This document shows, one piece after another, positions 38,923-51,096 of a stretch of 64,000 nucleotides of DNA; position 1 is the stretch's first letter; each line of letters begins with the position of its first letter. The notes under the pieces were generated by a model. That model worked only from the letters and a program-made list of their open reading frames with translations, had not been told where the DNA came from and did not search any database. This stretch comes from Leucoraja erinacea (taxonomy: Eukaryota). The position numbers were made by a program, and so were the translations under genes. The DNA lies in NCBI RefSeq assembly GCF_028641065.1, contig NC_073389.1, positions 5,580,001 to 5,644,000 of the forward strand. Reading direction: 5' to 3'.

Positions 38923-39925
38923 AGGAAAGTACGCGTTTCTTGCATTAATAACATATACTGGAAGTGACGGATGTCTTCAGATGGTTTGAGCGGCTCCGTG
39001 CGTCAAGTCCTATTACCTTGTGACCTTACGGTGCAACCCCCTATTCACACACACACACACTCACGCAAACACACATATATATTCTCACACACACATATAT
39101 NNNNNNNNNNNNNNNNNNNNNNNNNNNNNNNNNNNNNNNNNNNNNNNNNNNNNNNNNNNNNNNNNNNNNNNNNNNNNNNNNNNNNNNNNNNNNNNNNNNN
39201 NNNNNNNNNNNNNNNNNNNNNNNNNNNNNNNNNNNNNNNNNNNNNNNNNNNNNNNNNNNNNNNNNNNNNNNNNNNNNNNNNNNNNNNNNNNNNNNNNNNN
39301 NNNNNNNNNNNNNNNNNNNTGAAACATATACAATTGCCGCTGTGGATGTAACACTTACCAGTCCTGTAGAATTATTCAACACCTCGTGCACGTCTTCAGC
39401 ACCATCTTGCCTCCGACCGGAAATGACGTCATCATCACCATCTTACCGATCGCTGGAAATTACGTCATCGCCGCTATCTTACCGAACATCCGAAATGACG
39501 TCATCGCCGCCATCATCAAACCGCCAAAATCACAAAATGTCCGCCAATTTTAAATTTACCACACAGTGCTGATCGAAATAAAAAGGTTCTTTCGCGCATT
39601 ACTGGCCTGAAAACGTTGCAACAAATGCAGTTCAATTTACATCACCATTTCAAACACAATAGACATCATGCTTTAGTTACCTGGAAACCGGTGCAACCAT
39701 TTTAAAACCCAAGAGAAACACATTTTCAAAACGCTTTATAACAATAACAAATGGTTTTTATTTTCAATTCACAATTCAAACACAATGTAGATAGACAAAT
39801 ATACAAATGCAAATGCTTTTTATTTTCAATTCACAGTTCAAACACAATATAGATAGTAGACAAATATACAAACACTTTCCAACAAAATGCCAAGAAACTT
39901 CAGAGCATGGTGAATAACATACACA

Positions 39926-42495
39926 TCAATTGGCTGAAAAAGCATTCACCTGGGAGCAGAGCTGCAGCTCAAAGAGCCGTGACCCTTTCACTTCGTGGCC
40001 GGCAAGAAAGTGATCGACCCCTGTACGGAGCCGATTCAGGGCCACCCACTCTTTGCAGGGCATGTCCGAGCCAGGTGGGGCTGTGGTGTTCGGTGCAACA
40101 GTGAATTGAAGAGGTCGGGAAGTCTGTTCCCAGCTGGTTCTCCAAGCTCCTAGTGTGTTGAAACCAGAGCCACAGAGGGTGGCTGCGTGACGGGAGAAGG
40201 GGCGATGAGATGACAGGCGTTGAGGTCCCAATTGCTGTGAGTACTTGGCGAGGTGGTGCAAAGGATGTTTCGCATCCAATGGGACCTTGCACACCAGCCT
40301 GTGGGTAAAGTACTCTCTGTGAAGCTTGGCGGGTGCGATAACTGCGAACACCGGCAGAAGATCCGGAGTAGGATGTAGGCACCAAGTGATGATCTGCATG
40401 GTGTCGTTAAGGATGGCGTCTAGCTTGCTAGTATGAGCGCTGCGGCATCATGCTGGGGCGGTGTACTCAGCAGTGCTGTACACGAGTGCAAGAGCACTGG
40501 TTCAGAGAGTAGATGTCCAGGCGCCCCATGACGATCCAGCCAAGCAACGCAGGAGGTTGTTCCGCGCCGAGACTTTAGCACGAAGAGCTTCAAGGATTTG
40601 CTTGTAAGTCAGCTGCAGATCTAGTTTCAACCCAAGATATGTAGGAAATGGGTTATAGGGTAGGGGTGACCCATTGAGGGTGACGGTCAGCTGGCGTTGA
40701 GCTTCCTTGTTGTTCAGGTGAAAGGCCGTTGTGGTGGTTTTTGCCACACTCAGTTTTAGTCTCCAGGTCTTAAGGCAGCCCGTGAAAAGTTCCATATCCA
40801 CTGAAAGGATAATCCTCCATGTTTGACCAACTCCTGTCCAAATGCAGTAGGGCCAGGTCATCTCCGTATCCATACTGGTCTGAGGTCGTGCATGGCATAT
40901 CGCTGATAAAGAGAGTGAAGGAGCACGGGTACCGAGCCTTGGGGGACTCCGTTTCTTAGGCGTTGCAGTCGACTAGATTGTCCGTCGCTGGTCTTGAGTA
41001 CAATACTGCAGTTGGCCAGGATGTTGGCAAGGACCCGCACTAAATGGCGGTCAGGAATGGTGTGGAGGAGATTCAAGATCAGGCCCTGATCCAACACTGT
41101 ATCATAGACGGCGGTGAGGTCCATCAGTATGACGCCTACCTTACCAACCTTTTCCAAACTGTCTTCGATGTTGTTGGTCAGCTTGACTATTTGGTGGGTA
41201 GTGCAGAGTCCCGTACAAAAGCTTGGAGTGACACAGAGGAGTGAAATGGCTCGATGGTTCCTTGGGTCGTACACATGCTTGTTTGGTTTTGGCAGCGCAA
41301 TGACGGTGGCTTTCTGCCAGATCTTCGGAATGGACTGACCAATGAGGCAAGAGGAGTAGAACTCACGGAGCCAGACCTGGCATTTAGGACCGCAGTGTTT
41401 CAGGAATTCTGGGGGATGTTATCAGGTCTCTTCCCACCGCTCTCTGTGCTTGTCGGGGCGGATTGGCATTTCCGTAGCCTTGGAGGCAGCCTCTTCGCCA
41501 AGTTCAGCGTCCAGGAATGCGTCGTAGCATGCGTCACACTCTTCGTCCCATGTGGGGATGTAACGGCAACGATAGCCGCGAGGAATGGAACTCTTCGCTG
41601 CCCTGATGAGGAGTTTGCAGAAGGCTGAATAGGCTTTGTCCAGATAGGTAGGGGTGGGAAGGCTGTCAATCCAGAAGTCCACCAGACTTGTGAACTGGTC
41701 CCACCTGGCCTTGCGGAAATTCCACCTCTTTGCAGGGTTAGTTGGGACCGGCTTGATGGGGTTGTCCGAGATAATCAGAGATGGGCGATGTTGTGATTTC
41801 GGGAAGTGATCCAGGATGATACGATGTGGGGATGGTCCATACAGGTTTGCAAAAGCCAAGTCGGGGTTGGTAGTGGTGTTCCACCTGCCAGAGTGGAAGC
41901 TGTCCGGTTGTTTTGGGTCGTACAGGAGTTGAACGGCAGTAGCTGAGGCCCAGTCTTCTAGTGCAGCGCCATCTGAGTTAGTTGAACGGTAGCCCCAGGT
42001 GGTGCTGTGGAAGTTAAAGTCTCCGGTGTAGATGCATGGGCGAACCAAAGGTGGGGATGGAGTCTTTGTGGAGCTTGATAGAATTGGCTTGTATACATTA
42101 ATGACCGTGACACCTTCGACCTGCGTTGCTGCCCATTCCACGTCGGAGTCAGGAGGGGACACTGCAATCGCTTTCCATTTTGCTGTGTTCCTTACAAAAG
42201 TGGCAACCCCGTGGGTGTCGCTCTTGGTGCAGGCGGCCAGGGTATAACCAGGGATCTTCAGATGGGAGCTATCACTATTGTGAGTCTCTTGGAGCAGGAT
42301 TGCAATGACTTTGTGGGTCTGTAGCAGATGTTCAATGATGATGGGCTTGGCCTTGGTGAGATTTTCCACATTCAGCTGCAGCAGGGTGATGCCATCCGGT
42401 TCGACACCTGTAGCTGCCCGCCCTAAAAAGGGCGCACGCTCCTGGTTGGCGCCGAGCTGTGGCGACTGAGCTCAATTGACAGTGTTCACCATGTG
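39926..42495 (-). mobile_element. Ingi/Vingi-type single-ORF LINE (APE + RT), near full span but with internal deletions and frameshifts
   Basis: LLQLNVE, ILLQETH, GDFN, SGRWNTTTNPDLAF, KSQHRPSLI, RWNFRKARW (41422..42369); DLTAVYDTV, NGVPQGS; WRLKLS..KT, LAGSSWGA; WVALNRLRTG. Confidence 0.85.
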
Positions 42496-44579
42496 GAGGT
42501 CGACAACATGAGCCCCATGTGTTATATAAAACAGTTATATAAAAGTTCAAAATGCAAAATTAGGTATATTTTTGAGGTGTTAAACAATGTTATTTAACTC
42601 TGTTCCTTGGGAGTTAGGATGTCAGAGAGAGATTATATTGAGAGATTATATTTCTGCTTGGAAATGCATTTGTACATTTAAAGTGGTGCTACAGATTTGA
42701 GGAAAGCACTGAGTACATTAGAATATAATGTATCTATTACTTTCATGTTAGTTATGGTGCCATTAGGGTACAATTTAGAAATGCACTTTTGGAAATTATT
42801 TTGTTTGACAAAGTTTTTTTATTAAAAGTTACAACTCGTTTTTACTGTTTTATTACCTGTATTTATACTTGAGTAAAAATCACGTCCAAAAGATGTCCTG
42901 AAATTGTGTTACTTGTTTACTGCCATAATGTCACTGCCATAATGTCTCTACCATCGTGGCTACCAGGGATATTAAGCTGTACCTTGACCCACTGCACTTC
43001 TATGGTAGCACAAGTATGCTGGCCACCAGCATTAAGGATGTTGCACCCCAGCCACTCCGTCCCTCTCCCATCAGGCAAGAGGTATAGAAGTTTGTAAACA
43101 CACACCTCCAGATTGAGAGACAGTTTCTTTCCAGCTGTTATCAGGCAACTGAACCATCCTACCAACAATTAGAGAGCAGTCCTGAGATACTATCTACCTC
43201 ATTGGAGATTCTTGGACTGTCTTTAATCGGACTTTATCTTGCACTAAAGATGATTCATATTATTCCCTTTAACATGCATCTGTACACTGTGGATGGCTCG
43301 ATTGTAATCATGTATTGTCTTTCCGCTGCTGAGTTTGCACGCAACAAAAGCTGTACACATGACAATAAACTAAACTAACTAACTGGTATTCAGTTGGAAC
43401 TTGACTCTCCACAATGGATGTAATCTTGGTACAGATAAGTTTCAAGCAAGTTGTGGGCGTTTCACTTCATTTCAGTCTTTTAATTATTGTCCTACTAAGT
43501 TATTAAATATATGGTTTTGCTGGCAAGGCATTGATTACATAGAACAAAGAACACTACAGCACAGGACCTGGCTCTTCAGCCCACTGTCTGTGCCGAACAT
43601 GATGCCAAGACGTACCCTTATCTACCTGCACATAATTCATATCCCTCCAATCACTGTCGAACCAAATGTTCATCTACAAGTCTCTTACTGGCACAATTGT
43701 ACCGGCCTGCACCCCCAGCAAGCTCCAGGTGCTCCCACACATCTTCTTTAAACTTTACCCCTATCACCTTAAAGATGGGAGAGATAGATCAGCCATGATT
43801 GAATTGCGGAGTAGACTTGATGGGCTGAATGGCCTAATTCTACTCTTATCGCTTATGACCTTAATGCTAAAAATTATCTTATTTAATATTTTCACTCAGG
43901 GAAGTAGGTTTGGACTGTCTACCTCATCTGTGTCTCTCACATAGTTTTATTTACTTCTAACCAGTCACCCCGCATCCTTTGACTTTCAAGAGAAAACAAT
44001 CTAAGTGTCCAACCTTTCCCTGTAGCTAATACCCTCTAATCCAGGCATTATTCTGGTAAACTGCCTCTCCACCCTTTCCAAAGCCTCCAGATCATTTTTG
44101 GAATGGGATAACCAGAACTGCAGGCAACACTGTAAATGAGAAATGAGTGAAGAATGATCTCAACACAAAATGTTGTGTATTGCTTTTCCCCCAGAGGTGC
44201 TGCCTGACCCGCTGAGTTACTGCAGCTTTTTGAGTTTGACTCCAAATGCAGCAAAACCAAAGTCCCATAAAGATGCATCATGACTTCCGGACTCTGGCGC
44301 GCACAAACAGAAGATCCAACATAACAAGTTGTCTAACAACTTTGGGCTGTGCACGCCATACGAATGAGGAAGATACTCAATGCCCTGACCTATGAAAACA
44401 AGCATACCATATGCCTTCATTTACTACACAAACCCCTTGTGATGCCACTTGCATGTTATAGACTTGGACCACAAGATCCCTCTGTACATCAATGCTGTCA
44501 AGGCAGTCATGCCATTGATTGTAGAAACAAAGAACTGTGGATACTGGTTAATACACAAAAGGATAAAGTGCTTAAGTAA

Positions 44580-44814
44580 TGCCCCTGTCCCACTTAGGGA
44601 ACTTGAACGGAAACCTCTGGAGACTTTGCGCCCCACCCAAGGTTTCCGTGCAGTTCCCGGAGGTTGCAGGTGGTTGCCAGAGGTTGCAGGTGGTTGCCGG
44701 AGGTTGCAGGTAGTGGAAGTAGGTCGGGAGACCTCCGGGAACCGCACGGAAACCTTGGTTAGGGCGCAAAGTCTCCAGAGGTTTCGGTTCAGGTTCCTAA
44801 GTGGGACAGGGGCA
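44580..44814. mobile_element. PIF/Harbinger-like MITE inserted in a Penelope-terminus repeat
   Basis: ~90 bp TIRs starting TGCCCCTGTCCCACTTAGG, flanked by TAA (44577-44579) and TTA (44815-44817); central 20-bp unit repeated about 3 times. Confidence 0.85.
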
Positions 44815-47057
44815 TTACTCAGCATGTCAGGCAGCATCATTTTGGAACATGCACAGGTGACGTCTCAGTTTGAAATCCCATTATTGGTGTACCAATCTTT
44901 GTGAATGTTTCCTGCTTGTGTAGCAAGCTATATTCACAGAAGGCACCAAAATCCTTAGCATGCTGAAGAACCAAGAGGTCAGTGAAAATGAGGAAGTAAG
45001 AGGGTGTTAATAATAAAAGATATTGTATAGATTAATGAGTCTGAAACCTGATACATCTTAAACATCTGATGATCTGTATCCCAGTTTGAAAAAGATGCAA
45101 GGGAGCACTGCAGTGTGGTAGCTTTTTCCAGGCCTAAGTTCACAAAGAACCTTCACAATTGACCAAAGGCTGTGCTAGTACATTGAAGACGATGGTAAAT
45201 TTCATCAGAGATGTGTCATTTTCTGCGAGATCGCTCCTGAGTTACAAGAAGTGATCAACATTTTCCAAGGTCTAACTGTGAAGCTTAGTTATCAATGGAC
45301 ATGCTCCTTGGCCCAACTCTGACTGAGATTCCCATCTAAACTTGACCTATTTTGTCCAGAGCCATCCAAACCTTTCCTACATCCTCCGAACATAGAAGAC
45401 TATTGGGCAGCGAAACCGCTTCAGTGATTGATTCAATGAATATTACTATAGTTACTGAGTAGAATTACTGCTTTGTTTGATAAGGGGGCAAAACAAAGTC
45501 TTTCACATCTCCCTGAACAGTCAATCAGGATATCATTGTGATCACCACAATGCAGCATTCTCAGTACTGCACGACCATACAGGGAGCAGCAACCAACTCT
45601 TCCTAATCAAAGGCAAGAATACTGCAACTGAATCGAGTGGACACTTAATGAAGGTCACTTGTCTTTCAGTATGTTTGTACTGAAAACACAGAAAGGTTCG
45701 CCTGGACTATTGAAAGAACGAGGTAACACTTAAAAACGTCAAGATTTTTTGGATTACGAAATAAAAGCTTCACGATTAAAGAAAAAAAGTTGCATCATCG
45801 GATGGGTGTGGCCATTTTAACTTTTATTGGAAAATTTGAATAACTCTTTAATCGGAATCAGGTTTCAAGAGTTTAATCAAAGGTTAATTAGTTTCATTAG
45901 CAGCTACCAGCAGAGTTGCGGGTGGTAAACTCATTGTTACATTTTGCGAGAAGGTTCAGCTTTCAATAGCTGATGAGAAGTCTACTTTTTGTAGGATTTT
46001 TGTTGGAATTTTAAAATGAATATGATTGGGGACATTCTCCCTGATGTCCTGCCTAATTCTGCGAGACATTACCTGTTTTTTTCTCTCATTGCCATTTTTG
46101 AACATTCCAACACAAAAAGTTAATATTTCAGAAGTATTTCATTAGCTATAACTATTTCTGTGAAAGGGAAAGTGCCTTTTACTAGAGTCATCGAGTCTTG
46201 CAGCGGAGAAATGGCCTCTTCAGCCCAACCTGCCCACACCGGCCATCATGCCGCATCTACACTGGTCCCATCTGCCCTCTAAACTTGTCCTATACATGAA
46301 CCTGTCTAAATGTTTCTTAAATGTTGTGATAGTACCCTGCCTCAACTACCTCCTCCGGCAACTCGTTCTATTCACCTACCTCCCTTTGTGTTAAAAAGTT
46401 ACACTACAAACTATAAATATTTTTTTTATTTGAGAAACTTAAACATTATAATATTGTAAAATCATGAACAGCACTGTAGTGCAGCTGGTAGAGAGCTGCT
46501 GCCTCACTGACCCAGCAAAGTGGCTTCAGTCCTGACCTCTGATACAGTCTCTGTGGAGTTTGTAACTTCATGGGTTTCCTCCCAGTGCTCCACCTTACCC
46601 CCGTCTGGTAAAGATGTGGAGCTTGATGGGTTAGTTGGTTGTGTAGAAGGAACTGCAGATGTTGGTTTAAGCCAAAGATAGACACAAATAGCTGGAGTAA
46701 CTCAGTGGGTCAGACAGCATCTCTGGAGAGAAGGAATAGTGACACTTCTGGTCTGTAGAAGGGTCTCCACCTGAAAGGTCATCTATTCCTTTTCTCCAGA
46801 GACACTGGCTGACCCGATGAGTTACTCCAGTTTTTTTGTGTGTGTTTTAGGTTAGTTGGTTGATGGGTGAATGGGTGGAACTGGGGAAGTTAATAGGAAT
46901 GTGGGGAGAATAAAAGATGGGGTTCATGTGTAAATGATTGGCTGATGATCAGTGGTACTATTCCTCAGTGCCCTACTTCCTTATTGTGTGTCCCTTCAAC
47001 TCTATCATTAGTTCCCATTGGGAGCAACTTTCATTGAAAAGACTGCTTTCCTTTTAG

Positions 47058-47133
47058 TGGTACCATGCACTCTGTAAGCCTCAGATATTTGACAATACTT
47101 GATCTTGTGATTCAACTTCAAGAATAACCCAAG
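47058..47133 (+). pseudogene. Possible leader exon of the Ig-V receptor (ATG 47065)
   Basis: ttccttttag acceptor, ACCATG, MHSVSLRYLTILDLVIQL..., AAG|gtaaat donor; 1 nt short of the phase 1 needed and only weakly hydrophobic. Confidence 0.25.
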
Positions 47134-47169
47134 GTAAATATTTAATTAAGTCGGGTGGTTCAGGTAGCA

Positions 47170-48110
47170 CTTATCAAACTGGATCAAAAGGGGAAGTGAC
47201 TACAGGAAAAATTATAAAAGATTCTCGAATTAATGGGAAGGAAAATTTGAGAAGAGATAAAAGAGTAAGGTCAGGGCTAATTGTGAGCGGTGCGAGGGGG
47301 GACGTGAATACGTAAAAATCCCCTAGTGGGACTTATCTACAGGCCCCCAAACAGTAGCCTGGACATAGGGTGCAAGTTGAATCAGGAGTAAAAATTGGCA
47401 TGTAGCAAAGGTAATGCTGTGGTCGTTATGGGAGATTTCAACATGCAGGTAGACTGGGAAAATCAGGTTGGTACTGGACCCCAAGAGAGGGACTTTGTAG
47501 AGTGCCTTCGTGATGGACTCTTAGAACAGCTTGTACTGGAGCCTACCAGGGAGAAGGCAATTCAGGATTTAGTGTTATGTAATGAACCGGATTTGATAAA
47601 GGAACTTGAGGTTAAGGAGCCATTAGGAGGCAGTGACCATAATATGGTCAGGTTTAATCTACAATTGGAGAGGGAGAAGGGTAGATCGGAGGTGTCAGTG
47701 TTACAGTTGAATAAAGGGAACTATGGGGCCATGAGGGAGGAGCTGGCCAAAGTTGACTGGAAAGATATCCTTGCAGAGATGACAGTGGAACAACAATGGC
47801 AGGTATTTCGAGGAATAATACAGAAGGTGCAGGATCAGTTCATTCCTAGGAGGAAGAAAGATTCCAAGGGGAGTAGGGGTGACCATGGCAGACAAGGGGC
47901 GTCAGGGCCAGTATAAAAATAAATGAGAAGTACAACGTAGCAATGATGAGCGGGAAGCAAGAGGATTGGGTAATGTTTAAAGAGCAACAGAAGATAACTA
48001 AAAAGGCAATACGGGGAGAAAAGATGAGGTACAAAGGTAAGCTAGCCAAGAATATAAAGGAGGATAGTAAAAGCTTCTTTAGGTATGTGAAGAGGAAAAA
48101 ATTAGTTAAG
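47170..48110 (+). mobile_element. CR1 LINE internal fragment (endonuclease region)
   Basis: ORF 47395..47916 VVMGDFN, LEQLVLEPTR, LGGSDHNMV. Confidence 0.9.
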
Positions 48111-48300
48111 TAAGTAATTACATTTTATCTATATAACATTTAAATCAACTTGTGTTGAAACCAAAGTGCTTTACATAGAAGAAATCAGGTTTCCATACAT
48201 CCGTGTAAAGTAAAAAAGAGAAAAGACACAACACACTATAGAATTTAACATGAACGTCCCCCCATAGCAGAATCAGCATTGTCCACTGTGAGGGAAGACA

Positions 48301-49219
48301 CAGGGCTGCCAACATTGTTGAGAGTGAGAAATTGCGAGGGAGTGTAGCGACCGATAATAATAATAATAATGGATGGGATTTATATAGCGCCTTTCTGGAT
48401 ACTCAAGGCGCTTTACATCGCATTATTCATTCACTCCTCAGTCACACTCGGTGTTGGTGAGCTACTTCTGTAGCCACAGCTGCCCTGGGGCAGACTGACG
48501 GAAGCGTGGCTGCTAATCTGCGCCTACGGCCCCTCCGACCACCACCAGTCATTCACACACATTCACACACAGGCAAAGGTGGGTGAAGTGTCTTGCCCAA
48601 GGACACAACGACAGTATGCACTCCAAGCGGGATTCGAACCGGCTACCTTCCGGTCGCCAGCCGAACACTTAGCCCATTGCGCCACCTGTTGCCCGATGGG
48701 GGGAGAGTGTGGGAGGGGGTGGTTCCCCCTCCCATAGTTGGCTCCGGAGGCGGCACCAGTCCGCTCCTGTCTCCGGGCCGGGGTTAAAACTCCATGGGAT
48801 GTGGACAGAGTGGTCGACGGACATAGAGCCGCCGGAGGTGAGGGTGGGAGGTGTGTGCCGTGCCTCAGGGGGGAAGGGGGAGGGGGGTCGGTGCTGGGAC
48901 CACCGCCGTCGTGTCTCACCTATCACACCATCTGCATGGGAGAAACAAAACTCCTTTTTCCCCCCCAAAATCATCCTGCAGGCCAGTAGTTTGACAGCCC
49001 TGCTTTAAGCCAATCACATATCCTGGGGAAAAGACTACACATTCACCTGATATTCCCCTCATGGATTTTACTCGCCTCTAAAACAATTTTTTGCTTTATT
49101 TTGAACTTTCAGCACCCGCAGATTTTTGAGCGTGAGAAATTTTGTGATCAGCGTGAGAGCATGAGAATTTTGTGAAATGCGTGAGTCTCACGCTCAATGC
49201 GTGAGAGTTGGCGGCCATG
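48301..49219. mobile_element. hAT-like non-autonomous element (related end at 16963)
   Basis: Begins CAGGGCTGCCAAC; complementary ends TTGACAGCCCTG (49002) and GTTGGCGGCCATG (49219); no 8-bp TSD found. Confidence 0.55.
48354..48694 (-). mobile_element. Full-length tRNA-derived SINE with L2-type tail (teleost AFC-like), nested in the hAT-like element
   Basis: Minus strand head gggcaacaggtggcgcaatgg...ggttcgaatcccg, central ccttgggcaagacacttcaccc, tail aaggcgctatataaat+(ATT)n; CCGAT at both junctions. Confidence 0.85.
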
Positions 49220-50039
49220 CCAAGAGTTCCTATGTGTGTAAGCACAAATGGCAAATAAAGTTTTTGACCTTTTTGACCTAATAATGCATACATTTTATGC
49301 CAGTTCCAATTGTTTGGACAAAAATAACTTATTACTGCTTTATAACAGTTAAGTTACTTTAAGACCATTTCAGAAATTATGACAGTCAACAAACAATCAA
49401 TGAACAAATTAAAGCAAACTAAAATGAATTAACATGTTCCCTTGTGTTTAAGAAAGAACTGCAGATGCTGGAAAATCAAAGGCACACAAAACTGAATCTG
49501 AAGAAGGGTTTCGGAACGAAACGTTGCCTATTTCCTTCGCTCCATAGATGCTGCTGCACCCGCTGAGTTTCTCCAACATTTTTGTGTACCTAGCATGTTC
49601 CCTTTCCTGACTCATAAGTACTTTAACGTTGTTAACAGAGCAAAGGGATATCAATCTCAAGAATCAAAATGGGTAAAGTGGGGGCAATTTTGCTTAAATA
49701 GTAATTCTAAGCCCATTCAAATCTTCATAGTCAGAGTTATACAACATGTACGTTGCTGGCCCAATTTGTCTATAATGATCAAGTTGGCATTCTGCATGCC
49801 CAGGGACTAGCTGTCGTTCCCAGATCAGCTCGCGTCCCAGGGACTGGCTGCAGTTCTCAGGTCGGCTCACCTGCCCCGACCATGCGAAAACGAATTGAAA
49901 AAATACGCGGGGCTGTGGACAACTGCATACAACATGACCCAGTAGTGAACACTGCACATATTTACACTGGTGTTTATTCAGATTAGCGCCACACACTCTC
50001 GCCTTCCACCAAACCTCAAACGCAACTGTACGCTCAACA

Positions 50040-50485
50040 CATCATATCCTCATATCTACATCATATCTCAACAACATTGAATTCTCCCAATTTTGATAGC
50101 CCTAACTTTCTCCTCCCCTCGCTCAGCCCTCAGGCTCCTCCTCCTCCTTTTTCCTTTCTTCTCCCCCCCCCCCACCACCCATCAGGCCCGAAACGTTGCC
50201 TATATTCCTTCGCTCCATAGATGCTGCTGCACCCGCTGAGTTTCTCCAGCATTTTTGTGTACCTTCGATTTTCCAGCATCTGCAGTTCCTTCTTAAACAT
50301 CATATTCTCATATCTTCACCATATCTCAAAACCATATCCTCATATCTACATAACCATCAAATCTCAAAACATGATATCTTCATATCTTCACCATATCTCA
50401 ATATCATATCGTCATATCTTCACCATATCTCAATACATCATATCCTCAATTCTTCATCATATCTCAACACACCATATCTTCATTA
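50040..50485. repeat. Degenerate CATATCT minisatellite interrupted by a Penelope terminus (50075-50295)
   Basis: Repeated catcatatct/catatcttca units. Confidence 0.75.
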
Positions 50486-50527
50486 TACACTGGAGATTAC
50501 AATCAGTTCATCTTCTTCCTTCCTCAG

Positions 50528-50859
50528 TGAAAAGCAAGACCGTGGCTGTGTCCCAGACACCAGCAGAGATGGAGGTGCTGGTGGGGGATGTGGCTCGGAT
50601 AAACTGTTCCTACAGCAGTGGGGACGGAGATCAGATGAGGATTGAGTGGACGAGGAACTCCAGTGCACGGCCATTGTGTCATCGTATGGCAAATAAACAC
50701 AGCTCCGGTTCGCGACAGTCCTGTACGAGCGGTTTTAATGTTACTCTGGACCTCTCGGCCAACTCCTCATCTTTAATCAACTATAACGTTCATGACCTGT
50801 TGAAATACCTTCCCCAACGTTGACAGCAAAAGGAGAAGGTACAAGGCTGACAGTGAACG
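50528..50859 (+). pseudogene. Ig V-set (joined VJ) exon of a CD28H/TMIGD2- or NKp30-like receptor, F strand deleted
   Basis: ttcctcag acceptor and G|gtgagt donor, phase 1-1; VAVSQTP...VGDVARINCSY...RIEW...NSSSLI, then after a frameshift at ~50798 VEIPSPTLTAKGEGTRLTVN; 332 nt; DxxxYxC is missing. Confidence 0.85.
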
Positions 50860-51096
50860 GTGAGTGGGGGTCAGAATTGCTTTATTTTGTACCGAGCTAC
50901 AGGTAAAAACATTGTTTTGGATGCTAACCGGTCTAATCATCCCACACATGAGTACAACAGGTAGAGCAAAGAGAAAATAAACAGAGCAGAGTATTACAGC
51001 TTCAGAGAAAGTGCAGATATAAAAAGTGCAAGGGCTTCAAAGAGGTAGATCGGAAGATTGGGACTATACTGTAGCTTATGGGAGGGTTATTCACAA

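Noticed and set aside
36769-39391. ORFs containing X runs
   Set aside because: Artefacts of N gaps.
39906-42494. 9-bp inverted match (catggtgaa/ttcaccatg) at the LINE ends as TIRs
   Set aside because: Too short, and the element is a non-LTR retrotransposon; likely chance.
44940-45085. Apparent exon with ag/gtaag boundaries
   Set aside because: Sequence follows a decayed CR1 ORF2 segment (...ctgatgatctgtatcccag).
50528-50859. Rearranging TCR/Ig V segment
   Set aside because: The J-like strand and splice donor are in the same exon and no heptamer-nonamer RSS follows.
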